Assembly (NCBI GenBank): GCA_965237905.1 | Contig: OZ250172.1 | Location: 1,792,001 to 1,856,000 of the forward strand | DNA from: Nitrospinaceae bacterium | GTDB taxonomy: Bacteria > Nitrospinota > Nitrospinia > Nitrospinales > Nitrospinaceae | Direction of reading: 5' to 3' | DNA: 64,000 nt | In this document: in pieces, positions 8,726 through 18,740 of the stretch | Position numbering within the stretch: position 1 is the first letter of the stretch | Layout: every line of letters starts with the position of its first letter | Translations under genes and position numbers: made by a program | The notes under the pieces: model-generated | Database searches by the model: none | What the model was told of the DNA's origin: nothing | The model's input: the letters and a program-made list of their open reading frames with translations, nothing else

Positions 8726-9793
8726 TTATGGAGTGAACAAGTACACGTCCCGGTACGCGAAGGTCACCGACAGGGAATCCCCTTTTTCCCAGACTGCGCT
8801 TTCGCCATAGGGCACGTGCACATTCAAGATGCTTTCGTTTTTCAATCGTACCCGGTATTGGATACGGTTGCCGAAAAACAGTTTCTGTATCACTTCACCA
8901 TCGAGGCGGTTGATTTCTTCGCCGACTCCCCGGTCCTTCAGCAATAGACGTTCCGGCCGCAGGTAACAACTCAACTGAGTATTTTCAGCGTAGGTGATAT
9001 CGGATAAAGCGATCAAGGTTCCCGCTTCATGGAGTGAAAGCGTGACCTGATTCCCCGCTTGCTGGATAACGGTGCCTTCCAGCCGGTTGATTTCTCCCAG
9101 AAACGAGGCGGTGAAAGGGTCTGCCGGTTGATCGTAAAGCGCCTGCGGCGTACCCACCTGTAGAAGACTACCGCCTTCCAGAATGCTCATACGGTCAGCC
9201 AGGCTCATCGCCTCTTCCTGATCGTGGGTGACGAACAGGAACGTAATCCCGAAAGCGCGTTGCATGTCCATCAACTCCTCGCGCAGGTTCTGGCGCAGAC
9301 TTTCATCCAGCGAGGACAACGGTTCGTCCAATAAAAGCACTTTGGGTTTGTTGATGACAGCGCGTGCCAGCGCCACACGTTGGGATTCTCCGCCGCTCAG
9401 TTGACCCGGCCAGGCATAGCGCAATTCGGTGAGGCGGGTGACTTCCAGCAGGGCGTCGATCTGATTCGCGATTTCTGATTCTGGGATGCCCCGCACTCTG
9501 GGGCCGACGGCGATATTGTCGTAAACGTTCATGTGAGGAAACAACGCGTGCCGCTGAAAGATGAATCCCACCGGACGTTGCTCGACGGGAAGCGCGCCGA
9601 CCTCCTGTCCCTCAATAAAAATACGGCCACGGTCCGGTTGATCGAAACCGGCGATCATGCGGAGCAAAGTGGTTTTGCCGCATCCGCTTTGGCCCAGCAA
9701 AACGAATCGCTCGCCTTCTTCGATCGCCAGAGAACAATCCTCCAGCACTCTCTTCGGGCCAAACGATTTGGAGATGCCTTCCAGTCGAACCAT
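8726..9793 (-). CDS. ABC ATPase of PotA/MalK type with C-terminal TOBE-like domain
   Basis: GQSGCGKTT, LSGGESQR, LLDEP and VTHDQEEAMSLADR, plus a long C-terminal extension. Confidence 0.92.
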   Translation of the reverse strand: MVRLEGISKSFGPKRVLEDCSLAIEEGERFVLLGQSGCGKTTLLRMIAGFDQPDRGRIFIEGQEVGALPVEQRPVGFIFQRHALFPHMNVYDNIAVGPRVRGIPESEIANQIDALLEVTRLTELRYAWPGQLSGGESQRVALARAVINKPKVLLLDEPLSSLDESLRQNLREELMDMQRAFGITFLFVTHDQEEAMSLADRMSILEGGSLLQVGTPQALYDQPADPFTASFLGEINRLEGTVIQQAGNQVTLSLHEAGTLIALSDITYAENTQLSCYLRPERLLLKDRGVGEEINRLDGEVIQKLFFGNRIQYRVRLKNESILNVHVPYGESAVWEKGDSLSVTFAYRDVYLFTP

Positions 9794-9803
9794 AAGAATA
9801 CCG

Positions 9804-10556
9804 TCAATTGGCTTTCCAGGCCCAGAGCATGTCGACGGGACGGCGCTGGGTCCTGAACCCATGATGTTTGAAAAACTGTTCCATTGAATCCATATCGTGC
9901 TTCGGTTCCGGCCCTTTGTGAACTTCCATAGCGATTTGATCGATGCGTGACAGGATGTCTTCAGAGCAGTTATAGAAAATATCGTATTCCGCTCCTTCGC
10001 AATCCATTTTTAAAAAATCACACCGTTCCAATCCGTACGTCTCAAAAATATCCTGCAGGGTGACGCAGTTGACCCGGATTTCCTCACCTTCCTGTTTTCG
10101 GGTCATTGAGGCGCTGGTGGTGAAGGAATCACTGGGATCGAAGGTCAGGGTAATTTCTCCCGCTTTTCCAGCCACCGCGTTTTGGTGGGGATGAATGTCG
10201 TATTTTGCATTCAATTGGCGGTTCTGTTCCAGTTGCTTGAAATTTGCCGGGATGGGTTCGTAACTGAAAATGCGCGGGTGGTCGAATCTGGAGGCGGCGA
10301 ACAGGGAAAAGAACCCCGCATTGGCCCCGATATCGATCACAGATCCCCCTTTTGGGATACTTCTCTGGAGTCCATTGATGTAACACTCATCCATGAACAC
10401 TTCCTTGAAGGTTTGCAACAGGCGCCGGGGAACTTCGACCACTACGCCGGTGCGGGTGATGAAATGTATGGGATCCGGCCGGGTGAGCCCGAATTTGATG
10501 CCCAGATAAAGGCTCCAATTGGAAATATTCCGCATTAGATTAAGGTATCGTGTCAC
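9804..10556 (-). CDS. FkbM family methyltransferase
   Basis: IDIGANAG, SYEP and LKMDCEGAE; GTG start after GGAGG. Confidence 0.9.
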   Translation of the reverse strand: MTRYLNLMRNISNWSLYLGIKFGLTRPDPIHFITRTGVVVEVPRRLLQTFKEVFMDECYINGLQRSIPKGGSVIDIGANAGFFSLFAASRFDHPRIFSYEPIPANFKQLEQNRQLNAKYDIHPHQNAVAGKAGEITLTFDPSDSFTTSASMTRKQEGEEIRVNCVTLQDIFETYGLERCDFLKMDCEGAEYDIFYNCSEDILSRIDQIAMEVHKGPEPKHDMDSMEQFFKHHGFRTQRRPVDMLWAWKAN

Positions 10557-10696
10557 TGAACCTCCCACTTGAAATTGAAAATTGGATCCCCCTGGTACTC
10601 TCTCCGCCGGTTCCGGAGATCGGCAGAAAACATTATAAGCTGTGATTCAAAAAAAAGGGGTCTCCACGCTATTTTTTTCCAATTTTAGTTGAGTTT

Positions 10697-12835
10697 TTGA
10701 ACAATATTGGTGATGCTAGACTTGTGGGGAGTGCCCGCAAATTCAGGCTTTTTTCAAACATTTTCAGGATTTATATGATCTCTTTGATAAAACGGATTAA
10801 AGAGTTTGGAGTTCTGCTGTGTTTTTTCGGAGCTTTCAGCGGAATGATGTTCAAGGTATTTGCCCCTGCTCTTTCTTATGCGGGGAAGCCGCCGGGTGTG
10901 CCTGGCGACCTGACCCGGTTGACGCTTGAAGAGTTGATGGACATTCAAGTGACTTCGGTCTCTAAAGGTGAGGAGGATTTTTCCAAAGCCCCCTCCGCGA
11001 TTTTTGTGATCACCCAGGAAGATTTGCGCCGCTCCGGCGCCAACACTATTCCCGAAGCTCTGCGCATGGTGCCCGGCGTGCAGGTGTCCCAGATCGATTC
11101 CAGCACTTGGGCGATAACCGCTCGCGGTTTCAACTCCCGTTTTGCCAACAAGCTGTTGGTTCTGATCGACGGTCGTTCCGTGTATACCCATGTATTTGCC
11201 GGGGTATTCTGGGACGAGCAGGACATGGTGTTGGAAGATGTTGAACGTATCGAAGTGATCCGCGGACCTGGCGGTACCTTGTGGGGCGCCAACGCAGTGA
11301 ACGGCGTTATCAACATCATCACCAAGAATGCGCACAAAACCACCGGTGGTCAAGTCAGCGCCGGTGGAGGTAATTTGGACCGCTTCATCGGATCTATCCG
11401 GTATGGAGAAAAAATCGGCGACAACGCCGCGGTCCGGGTTTGGGGGAAATATTATAACCGCAACAACCTGGACGATTTGCAGGGCAACTCCGCGCCGGAT
11501 GAATTCGAAACGGGCCGCGGCGGCATGCGGTTGGACTGGGACGCTTCGGAATCGAATTCTTTCACCTTCCAGGGCGACGTGATGGTCGGCGAGTTCGCCG
11601 GTAAGACCTCCAACGCCGTCAACTCTCTGTCGCCTGTACCGACCACGACCGATATCGTGCAGGACTCGCAGGTCCGGACGGCTAATTTCATCACTCGATG
11701 GAAACACCGCTTTTCGGACACTTCTAATATGGACCTGCAGTTTTATTACAACCGTGACCATCGGGAAAGCCGGGTGTTGCAAGAACTGTTAGTTGATACT
11801 TATGATCTCGATTTTCAGCATCGCTTTCAATTGGGAGATCGGCATGAAATGCTGTGGGGGTTGGGGCACCGTTTTATTAAGGATTCGTTTGAAAACAGCA
11901 TCGGCATCAGCTATTTCCCGGACAGCAATCTCAACTATATTTCCAACGCGTTTGTGCAGGACAAAATTACCCTGATCCACGACCAGCTGTATCTCACCCT
12001 CGGTTCCAAATTTTCGATCAACAACTTTACTGGGTTTGAATTCCAACCCAACGCGCGCCTGGCGTGGACTCCCAACGACCGGCATACCGTGTGGGCGGCG
12101 GTTTCCCGCGCGGTACGTACCCCGTCCCGCTCCGGAGATTCAGGGCGTTTTAATGCCGCCACTACTATCCTGCCGGGCCCGACCCCTGCGGTGGTTGTGA
12201 TTCAGGGGCAAAAGGATTTTGAATCTGAAAATCTACTGGCCACTGAGCTGGGCTACCGTTTGCGTCCGCATGACAAATTATTCTTTGATGTAGCGGCGTT
12301 CGTGAATGTTTACCGGGATAGCCATAGCTTTGAAGTGGAAACCCCTTTTCCTAATCCCGCGGGATTTGTGGAAGTGCCTATCGTTTCCCGCAATCGCCTT
12401 GATGGAGAAACTTACGGTGTGGAGTTGGCGGCTACCTGGGATGTGGCGGACTGGTGGCGGTTGAACGGTGCTTTCACCTGGCTCCAGGTGGATTTACGAA
12501 AGGATCCGATCAGTACCGATCAAAATGTCGTGGGTTTCGAAGGCAACGATCCCGAGTTTCAATGGAACCTGCGTTCGCACATGGATCTGCCTTCGAATTG
12601 GGAATTCGATCAGACGTTGTATTACGTGGACGCCCTCAAGAGTCAGCAAGTGCGGAGCTATTTCCGGCTGGACCTGCGGGTGGGATGGCGTCCTACCCAA
12701 AATATCGAAGTCAGTATCGTTGGCCAGAATCTGCTGGATAGCCAGCATCAGGAATGGGGCGACGACCGCATTCAAACGAATGACCGCAATCTGGTAGAAC
12801 GTTCGGTTTTTGGCAAGTTGGTTTTAAAGTTTTAA
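10697..12835 (+). CDS. TonB-dependent receptor (type associated with YfiR); true start probably downstream
   Basis: LTLEELMDIQVTSVSK, RIEVIRGPGGTLWGANAVNGVINIIT and a C-terminal Phe. Confidence 0.92.
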   Translation: MNNIGDARLVGSARKFRLFSNIFRIYMISLIKRIKEFGVLLCFFGAFSGMMFKVFAPALSYAGKPPGVPGDLTRLTLEELMDIQVTSVSKGEEDFSKAPSAIFVITQEDLRRSGANTIPEALRMVPGVQVSQIDSSTWAITARGFNSRFANKLLVLIDGRSVYTHVFAGVFWDEQDMVLEDVERIEVIRGPGGTLWGANAVNGVINIITKNAHKTTGGQVSAGGGNLDRFIGSIRYGEKIGDNAAVRVWGKYYNRNNLDDLQGNSAPDEFETGRGGMRLDWDASESNSFTFQGDVMVGEFAGKTSNAVNSLSPVPTTTDIVQDSQVRTANFITRWKHRFSDTSNMDLQFYYNRDHRESRVLQELLVDTYDLDFQHRFQLGDRHEMLWGLGHRFIKDSFENSIGISYFPDSNLNYISNAFVQDKITLIHDQLYLTLGSKFSINNFTGFEFQPNARLAWTPNDRHTVWAAVSRAVRTPSRSGDSGRFNAATTILPGPTPAVVVIQGQKDFESENLLATELGYRLRPHDKLFFDVAAFVNVYRDSHSFEVETPFPNPAGFVEVPIVSRNRLDGETYGVELAATWDVADWWRLNGAFTWLQVDLRKDPISTDQNVVGFEGNDPEFQWNLRSHMDLPSNWEFDQTLYYVDALKSQQVRSYFRLDLRVGWRPTQNIEVSIVGQNLLDSQHQEWGDDRIQTNDRNLVERSVFGKLVLKF

Positions 12836-12845
12836 AGATAACCGT

Positions 12846-13571
12846 TTGTTGACATCAGAACCAATTGCCCCATCCGCGCTCTTTTCTAGCACTTCCGAGA
12901 ACTGGAATTTAACGAAAGGAGAAGCGGGTGCCGCGCAGTGTTTATGGAAAATTCACTTTACGTTTTTAATGGGACATTTTTTATTTAGGTGTGTTTTGAA
13001 GAATAGACTGCGGCGACATTTAATTGTGGTTGGGTTACTCCTCTGGGGTTGGTGCGCGCCACTAGCGAGCCAGGCTCTGGCGGTGGAGTCCGCCTATGCC
13101 GCCGCAGTGGAATATGAAGTCAAGGCGGCGTTCATTCATAATTTCACCCAATTCATTGATTGGCCCTCTGCAGTGTTTGAAGCAGAAGACTCCCCATTGC
13201 GGATCGGTATTCTAGGTAAGGGGCCCATTGATAATCCTTTGATGAATTTGAACGGGAAAAAAGTTCAGAAAAGGTCCTTGGAAGTTTCCAGGATTCGAAA
13301 CTTAAATACGGTTAGCCAGTACCATGTTATTTTTGTGAACCCTTCCGAAGATAGACGGGTGGGGTCCATTCTCCGCACTCTCAAGGGTACCGGTATCCTG
13401 ACCATCGGGGATATGGCAGGTTTTGCCGAGCGATGCGGAGTCATCAATTTTTACCTGAAGAGCGGCAAGGTTCGGTTTGAAATCAATATTGAAGCGTCCC
13501 AGCGGGAAAAACTGAAAATTAGCTCCAAATTACTGCATTTGGCCCGCATTGTAAATTCCCGATGTGGTTAA
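12846..13571 (+). CDS. YfiR family (DUF4154) periplasmic protein; start uncertain
   Basis: EYEVKAAFIHNFTQFIDWP and VRFEIN...LKISSKLL. Confidence 0.9.
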   Translation: MLTSEPIAPSALFSSTSENWNLTKGEAGAAQCLWKIHFTFLMGHFLFRCVLKNRLRRHLIVVGLLLWGWCAPLASQALAVESAYAAAVEYEVKAAFIHNFTQFIDWPSAVFEAEDSPLRIGILGKGPIDNPLMNLNGKKVQKRSLEVSRIRNLNTVSQYHVIFVNPSEDRRVGSILRTLKGTGILTIGDMAGFAERCGVINFYLKSGKVRFEINIEASQREKLKISSKLLHLARIVNSRCG

Positions 13572-13750
13572 TTTATGGGGATTTAGCTCACTCAAAAATT
13601 AAAGAATCCGATCCCCTCCCCGTTTCATCCCAAAGATGAGAGAGTATTTGACTTATCCCTACCGCCGGGGGTAGGCTTGAGTAATAAACCCTTGTTTTTC
13701 AGGTTTCGTAAAACGGGTATTTGAGGGTTCAGAGCCGAGAAGGAGAAATC

Positions 13751-14302
13751 ATGGTACAGACCGATAAAACTTACGACGATTCCAAACGTGTTGGGGAAAT
13801 GTTGGGGACTATGGAGGCCGCTCGTCTGTTTGCTTTGGACGCCCTGCAGACGTGCCGCTTTGTTTTCGAAAAGGGTTTGGTTTCCGCCTATGAAGCCACC
13901 CGGCAGGAGCTGAAGTTTTTATTCAAGCGGTTTACCGCGCTGGATTATGTATTTGGTAATCTCTGTTTGCTAGGATTGTTGTTGTGTTTTGCAGTATTCC
14001 TTTCAGGCTTTGGCCTTTTGGGATACCAGACCGTGGTTTGGTTGCAGGACGGTGTATGGAATGCCATGCCTCTCATGATGGTGTTCACTTTTCTTTTTGA
14101 TGGCACTGCGTTCGGCGCCTGGATGCAAAATCCGGATGCCTGGGTGGGTCTTCACCAGGTTATGGAGTGGCTCCTCATTAATATTCCCATTTCCCTGGTT
14201 TTGATTGTTGATGGACTGATCCTGTCCGCAGGAATGGTTGCCGTTATTGTTTTCGCGGTAATGGTTCGCAGATTCCAGTTCAAGCACAGAGAGCAGGGTT
14301 AA
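13751..14302 (+). CDS. hypothetical membrane protein
   Basis: AGGAG RBS; several TM segments; WLQDGVW...WVGLHQ. Confidence 0.7.
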   Translation: MVQTDKTYDDSKRVGEMLGTMEAARLFALDALQTCRFVFEKGLVSAYEATRQELKFLFKRFTALDYVFGNLCLLGLLLCFAVFLSGFGLLGYQTVVWLQDGVWNAMPLMMVFTFLFDGTAFGAWMQNPDAWVGLHQVMEWLLINIPISLVLIVDGLILSAGMVAVIVFAVMVRRFQFKHREQG

Positions 14303-14363
14303 ACCCCAAACCTGCTGCCAACGGATTCACCGGTTTTGCAAATGCGAGTCTCGCGCTTTTTAC

Positions 14364-16394
14364 TCAAGAACGAGGCATAGTCTTTAACGGGAAGGCGAGC
14401 ATACGGGTTGGAGTTGTTTGCAAATTAAATAACTGAATGAACGCGGCGAGGCACTGCGGATCATATTTGCCTGCCTTGGTTTTCTTTTGTAATTCCTTAA
14501 TGGCGGTTTGATAATTTAAAGCCACCTGATTCCTACTGTTGCTGGTCAGGACATCAAAATCGTTGGCGATACTCAATATGCGCGAACCCAGAGGAATTTC
14601 CCCTCCCTTTAATTTATCCGGATAACCCGACCCATCATAATGTTCGTGATGGCTCTTCACATAATTGTGGAGTATTGTCGAAGTGTACCCCAACTGTTTG
14701 ATCATCCGGGTGCTTTCTATTGAATGTTGGTGGACCAAGGCCTGCTCGTATTTGGACAAGGGCCGGTTGGTGCCCCGGATTTCGTGCGGGATAATGATCT
14801 TGCCCAAATCATGCAAATATCCGGCGATCAAAAGTTCTTCTTTTTCCCTGTGGGATAAACCCAGTTTTTCAGCCAGCGCGTATGAAAGAAGCGCCACTGT
14901 TTTGCCGTGACCCAGGGTGCCATCGACCGCCTCGGACGCATGAATCAGTTCCATCGGTAATTTGATATTGGCAGTGACCGAAGCATACTTGTCAAAGAAG
15001 TCCCGGGGAATTTTGTTGCGATCCATAAAAGGATCCTTTAGTCCGAGGACCCGGTAAATCGACACACGCTCCTTTTTCCCGCGGATAGCTATTTTTTCGT
15101 ACTCATCCTGCTTTTTCTCTGCCTCAACGTAGGCCTCGCGGGCTTCTACATGGTTCGGGTCGATTTTCAATATTTTTTGAAAAACTTCTATAGCGGCGCT
15201 GGCAGCCCGCTTTTTAAAGAAGGCTTGCCCCAGAGCGTACAGCATCTGCAGGTCGTTGGGATTTTGATTCAGAAGATCTTCGAGGGATCGAACTTCAGCT
15301 TCCACAATCTTGTCCGCTTCCCGTTTGCCATAAACGGAACGAATCCGGCTGACGTGAAAAAATTGCTGAACAATCATATAAGTATTGTGGTCGATGTACA
15401 CTTCGCCGGGCTCGCATAACTCTTCAAGGCGGGCGGCCAGGTTCGCGGTATTGCCGATACAGGAGTAACTTTTGCGCTTCGACCCCAAAAGACCCACCAC
15501 GGACGCCCCAGTGGCAATGCCCACCCGCATTTTCCATTGAGGATGGGTTTTCTGCATTCTTTCCTGCATGGTGAGGCCCGCCAGAACTGCCAGAACCGCA
15601 TGATTTTTATATTTAACAGGTGCTCCAAATTCCACCATGATCCCGTCGCCAATGTACTTGTCGATATGGCCGTAGCACTGGGTGATACAATCCTCCATTT
15701 CACCGAGATAAGCATTCAATTCGTTGATCACCTGTTCCGGCGGATTCTGCTCGGAATAAACGGTAAAGTCCTTGAGATCGGTAAACAAAACGGAGATCCG
15801 CCGTTTTTCGTTGCGCAGTTTGCCTTCGATCATCAACCGTGCTACTTTGGAGTCCATTACAGAGAATAAAGCTTCTTCCACACGGGTTTTTAAGGATTCG
15901 ACATTTCCCTGCGACCGCTCTAGTTCCTGAGTCCTTTCAGAAACCCTTGTTTCCAGTTGGGAGCTGTAATCATTCAACCGTTTGTTGCTGATATCCAACA
16001 GTTGTTTTTCCTGTGCCAGCTCTTCCCGCAGTTTGTCGGTGAAGCGGAGTTTTTCCTTCAACCCTCCGATAATCCATCCCGCTAGAATCAGGAATCCGGC
16101 CCAAATCGTGAGGTGGAAGTACAGGTGAAATTTTTCTTCAAGGGCGTAGTCGTAATAGTAGTTGTCCAAATCGGCCAGCACAAACACCCAGACCATGAGA
16201 ACGGTTAAAAACGCACCCAGCACCGCTGTGCGCCGTCCCAGGTAATAACCCGCGAGCATAATCGGGAGATAGTAAAAATTGAGGAATGCAATTTTGGAAT
16301 AAACGAAGAAATTGATCAGAACAACGCTGATCAAAATCGTGAATATGAAGTGACTTTCGAAATGGTCGAATACGTACCGCTTGAGCTTTTCCAT
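14364..16394 (-). CDS. membrane-bound class III nucleotide cyclase with TPR insert and C-terminal HD-GYP domain
   Basis: LFTDLKDFT, DKYIGDG and IGNTANLAARLE; TPR YALGQAFF...KIDPNH; HDLGK and HHEHYDGSGYP. Confidence 0.88.
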   Translation of the reverse strand: MEKLKRYVFDHFESHFIFTILISVVLINFFVYSKIAFLNFYYLPIMLAGYYLGRRTAVLGAFLTVLMVWVFVLADLDNYYYDYALEEKFHLYFHLTIWAGFLILAGWIIGGLKEKLRFTDKLREELAQEKQLLDISNKRLNDYSSQLETRVSERTQELERSQGNVESLKTRVEEALFSVMDSKVARLMIEGKLRNEKRRISVLFTDLKDFTVYSEQNPPEQVINELNAYLGEMEDCITQCYGHIDKYIGDGIMVEFGAPVKYKNHAVLAVLAGLTMQERMQKTHPQWKMRVGIATGASVVGLLGSKRKSYSCIGNTANLAARLEELCEPGEVYIDHNTYMIVQQFFHVSRIRSVYGKREADKIVEAEVRSLEDLLNQNPNDLQMLYALGQAFFKKRAASAAIEVFQKILKIDPNHVEAREAYVEAEKKQDEYEKIAIRGKKERVSIYRVLGLKDPFMDRNKIPRDFFDKYASVTANIKLPMELIHASEAVDGTLGHGKTVALLSYALAEKLGLSHREKEELLIAGYLHDLGKIIIPHEIRGTNRPLSKYEQALVHQHSIESTRMIKQLGYTSTILHNYVKSHHEHYDGSGYPDKLKGGEIPLGSRILSIANDFDVLTSNSRNQVALNYQTAIKELQKKTKAGKYDPQCLAAFIQLFNLQTTPTRMLAFPLKTMPRS

Positions 16395-16639
16395 TAATTC
16401 TTACCTCCCCCGGTAAGGATGCTTCAGGAAACTAAAGACGTGATTTCATTATTTTAAGGTAGTTCTCAAGTATACCCTAAATGGGTTTAAAGTACATTTA
16501 CAAATAATGTGTTTTTATTGGAGGCGAGTGATTACCCTCTGCAGAATAATCGTATAAGCCTATGTAACTTATGGATTTTCAGAGGTGCGGCCACCGTCGG
16601 GCAGGTTTGGAGGGGGGAAATAGGGTTCCTGAGTGGAGG

Positions 16640-16993
16640 TTATTTTTTTTGAGTGTCCGGGGCTGAATCTGGGTATTTTTTGAGCAGTTTTTTGAGCAGG
16701 CTTTGGGCAGCGGCATTGTTGGAGGTGCTTTGTTCCGTTTCAAACAGTGCCAGCGCTTTTTGAACATGGGCCAATGCCGGGCGCCCCTCGTTCAATTGAT
16801 CGTATACCAGGCCCAGATTGAAGTGGGTTGCGCCTTTATCCGGATTATGCTCCAGGGATTTTAGAAATTCGTCAACGGCCTCCCGATACCGTTTAAATTT
16901 TCGATGTTGCCAGGCATTTTTAAAATGGATTTCCGCAGGATCGGTCGGAGGGGGTTTGGACGTCAACCTGAGTTCAAATTCTCTGTCGCTCAT
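16640..16993 (-). CDS. small TPR protein
   Basis: AVDEFLKSLEHNPDKGATHFNLGLVY. Confidence 0.8.
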   Translation of the reverse strand: MSDREFELRLTSKPPPTDPAEIHFKNAWQHRKFKRYREAVDEFLKSLEHNPDKGATHFNLGLVYDQLNEGRPALAHVQKALALFETEQSTSNNAAAQSLLKKLLKKYPDSAPDTQKK

Positions 16994-17037
16994 AGCAGTC
17001 AATGGCTCAATTGAAAATGTGGATGGTAATCTTTACT

Positions 17038-17955
17038 TCAGGGAATAATATCTTCCGGTCGCAGTTTGAATTGCCGAATGATAAGTTCCTTGTTTTGCCG
17101 GGCCTTTCCCGCCCATTCGAGTTGACCGGCCTGTTGATACAAATCTTCCGCCCGTTGCATGTACTCCACAGCCTTCGGTCCCTGTTGCTTCTTGTAATAT
17201 ATCATGGCCAGGTTGAAATGCACGCCGGGGGCATCCGGTTTTAGCTCCAGCGCCCTTTCAGCGGAGAGTTGCGCCTTGTCCCATTGTTCGAGTTTGATGA
17301 AGGCCGAACTCAACCGGGTCCACACTCGTCCATTGTCTGAATCCAGACGCCCGGCCTGCTTGAGCGCAGGTAAGGCGCGCTCGGGGTCGTTTTCCTTTAA
17401 ATAAATCTCTCCTATGGTGAGATAGGCCAACGATTGATCCGGGTCCAGCTGAATGGCTTTCAAAGACGTTTCAAGGGCCGGTTTGTATTGTTTGAAAAAA
17501 AGACGGGAGGCCCCCAATACCGCATGATCCCTGGCCCTGCCGGAATCGAGCTTCACTGCCGCCTCGGATAATTCCAACGCACGCCGGTAATTCTCCATCT
17601 TGAAATGGACCCAGGCGCCGGTCGATACATACTCCGCGTTATCGGGATGCAGTTTGTACAGTGTTTGAATCACATCCAACGCACGCACCAGTTTGCCCTC
17701 CTTCACCAATTGATGAACGGCGACAACTTCCTTGCCCTTCTCTACCTGAATAGAATTTTCATAATCCGTGAACCAATAGATCCCGTGCTGGCTGATATAA
17801 TAGTAAGCGGGGCCTCCAATGAGCAGGACGGCGAGAATCACCAGGGCGCCCGCCCTGAGAAATTTGTTACGGGAAGGTTCCGGCGGCGGTTTGGACGAAG
17901 GGATGTCCTCGGGCTGGTAAATATCCTTGTATTTGTCGATTCCCGGGCGTGGCAT
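17038..17955 (-). CDS. membrane-anchored multi-TPR protein
   Basis: One TM helix, then repeated TPRs (KAIQLDPD, ALELKPD, HFNLAMIY). Confidence 0.85.
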   Translation of the reverse strand: MPRPGIDKYKDIYQPEDIPSSKPPPEPSRNKFLRAGALVILAVLLIGGPAYYYISQHGIYWFTDYENSIQVEKGKEVVAVHQLVKEGKLVRALDVIQTLYKLHPDNAEYVSTGAWVHFKMENYRRALELSEAAVKLDSGRARDHAVLGASRLFFKQYKPALETSLKAIQLDPDQSLAYLTIGEIYLKENDPERALPALKQAGRLDSDNGRVWTRLSSAFIKLEQWDKAQLSAERALELKPDAPGVHFNLAMIYYKKQQGPKAVEYMQRAEDLYQQAGQLEWAGKARQNKELIIRQFKLRPEDIIP

Positions 17956-18019
17956 GCCCACTCCAAAGTCGAACTATAGATACTTCTTCATTCTAGAAGT
18001 GGAATCAGCAATTGTAAAG

Positions 18020-18108
18020 CCAGGGTGACGCTGGACCTGAATTCTGAATTGTGCAGGGTGAGCATCGAGAGCCGTCATCGGTCAACCTGCTCCCCCTCCG
18101 GGCAGGAG
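18020..18108. repeat. diverged single copy of the ~94-bp element
   Basis: 18029-18108 aligns without gaps to 56614-56693 (CGCTRGACCTRAATTCTGAATTG...CCTCCGGGSAGGAG). Confidence 0.7.
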
Positions 18109-18130
18109 CGGCGCGATTGAAGCGTAATCT

Positions 18131-18550
18131 TCATTCTCCCGATAGGTGTAGAACCACCTGCCGGCGATGGGGAGCCGTCCGGTGCTCGAACAGGTAGATA
18201 TCCTGCCAGGTACCGAGGGTGAGACTCCCGTTGACCAGCGGTACGCAAATCTGCGTCTGGGTGAGGGCCGAACGGATGTGCGCTGGCATGTCATCGTCCC
18301 CTTCTGCGGAGTGCCGGTATTGCGGGTCACCGTCCGGCACCATCCGATTCAAAAACGCGTTCAGATCGGTCAGCACATCCGGGTCAGCATTCTCCTGAAT
18401 CACCAGCGAAGCCGAAGTGTGCCGGATGAACACCGTGAGCAGTCCCGTGGTCATCCCCTGCGCGTGCGCCCAGGAGACGATAGCATCATTGATGTTGTGC
18501 AGTCCCCGCGCCTTGGTTTTGATTGATATCTCGTGCGTCGCCTGTTTCAT
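18131..18550 (-). CDS. yjbQ: YjbQ / UPF0047 family protein
   Basis: HTSASLVIQENADPDV, EGDDDMPAHI and LGTWQ. Confidence 0.93.
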   Translation of the reverse strand: MKQATHEISIKTKARGLHNINDAIVSWAHAQGMTTGLLTVFIRHTSASLVIQENADPDVLTDLNAFLNRMVPDGDPQYRHSAEGDDDMPAHIRSALTQTQICVPLVNGSLTLGTWQDIYLFEHRTAPHRRQVVLHLSGE

Positions 18551-18740
18551 ACCTCACCCTTTGCGAAATTTATCCGATCATATATAGGAACGCGGACAAA
18601 ATCCAGCCATCCTCCGTAAAAAAGGTGGATAAATCCGGGAGGAAGGCCGAATTTAATATTACCTCTCTCATTCGGATTTGGTTTAGCATAGAGGTATGGG
18701 CATTGAGCTAATAGAGTACCGTTTTTTCTCGGGGTGATGT

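Noticed and set aside
13562..13639. Remnant of a lost YfiN-like gene
   Set aside because: The 25-codon ORF is too short to support homology by eye.
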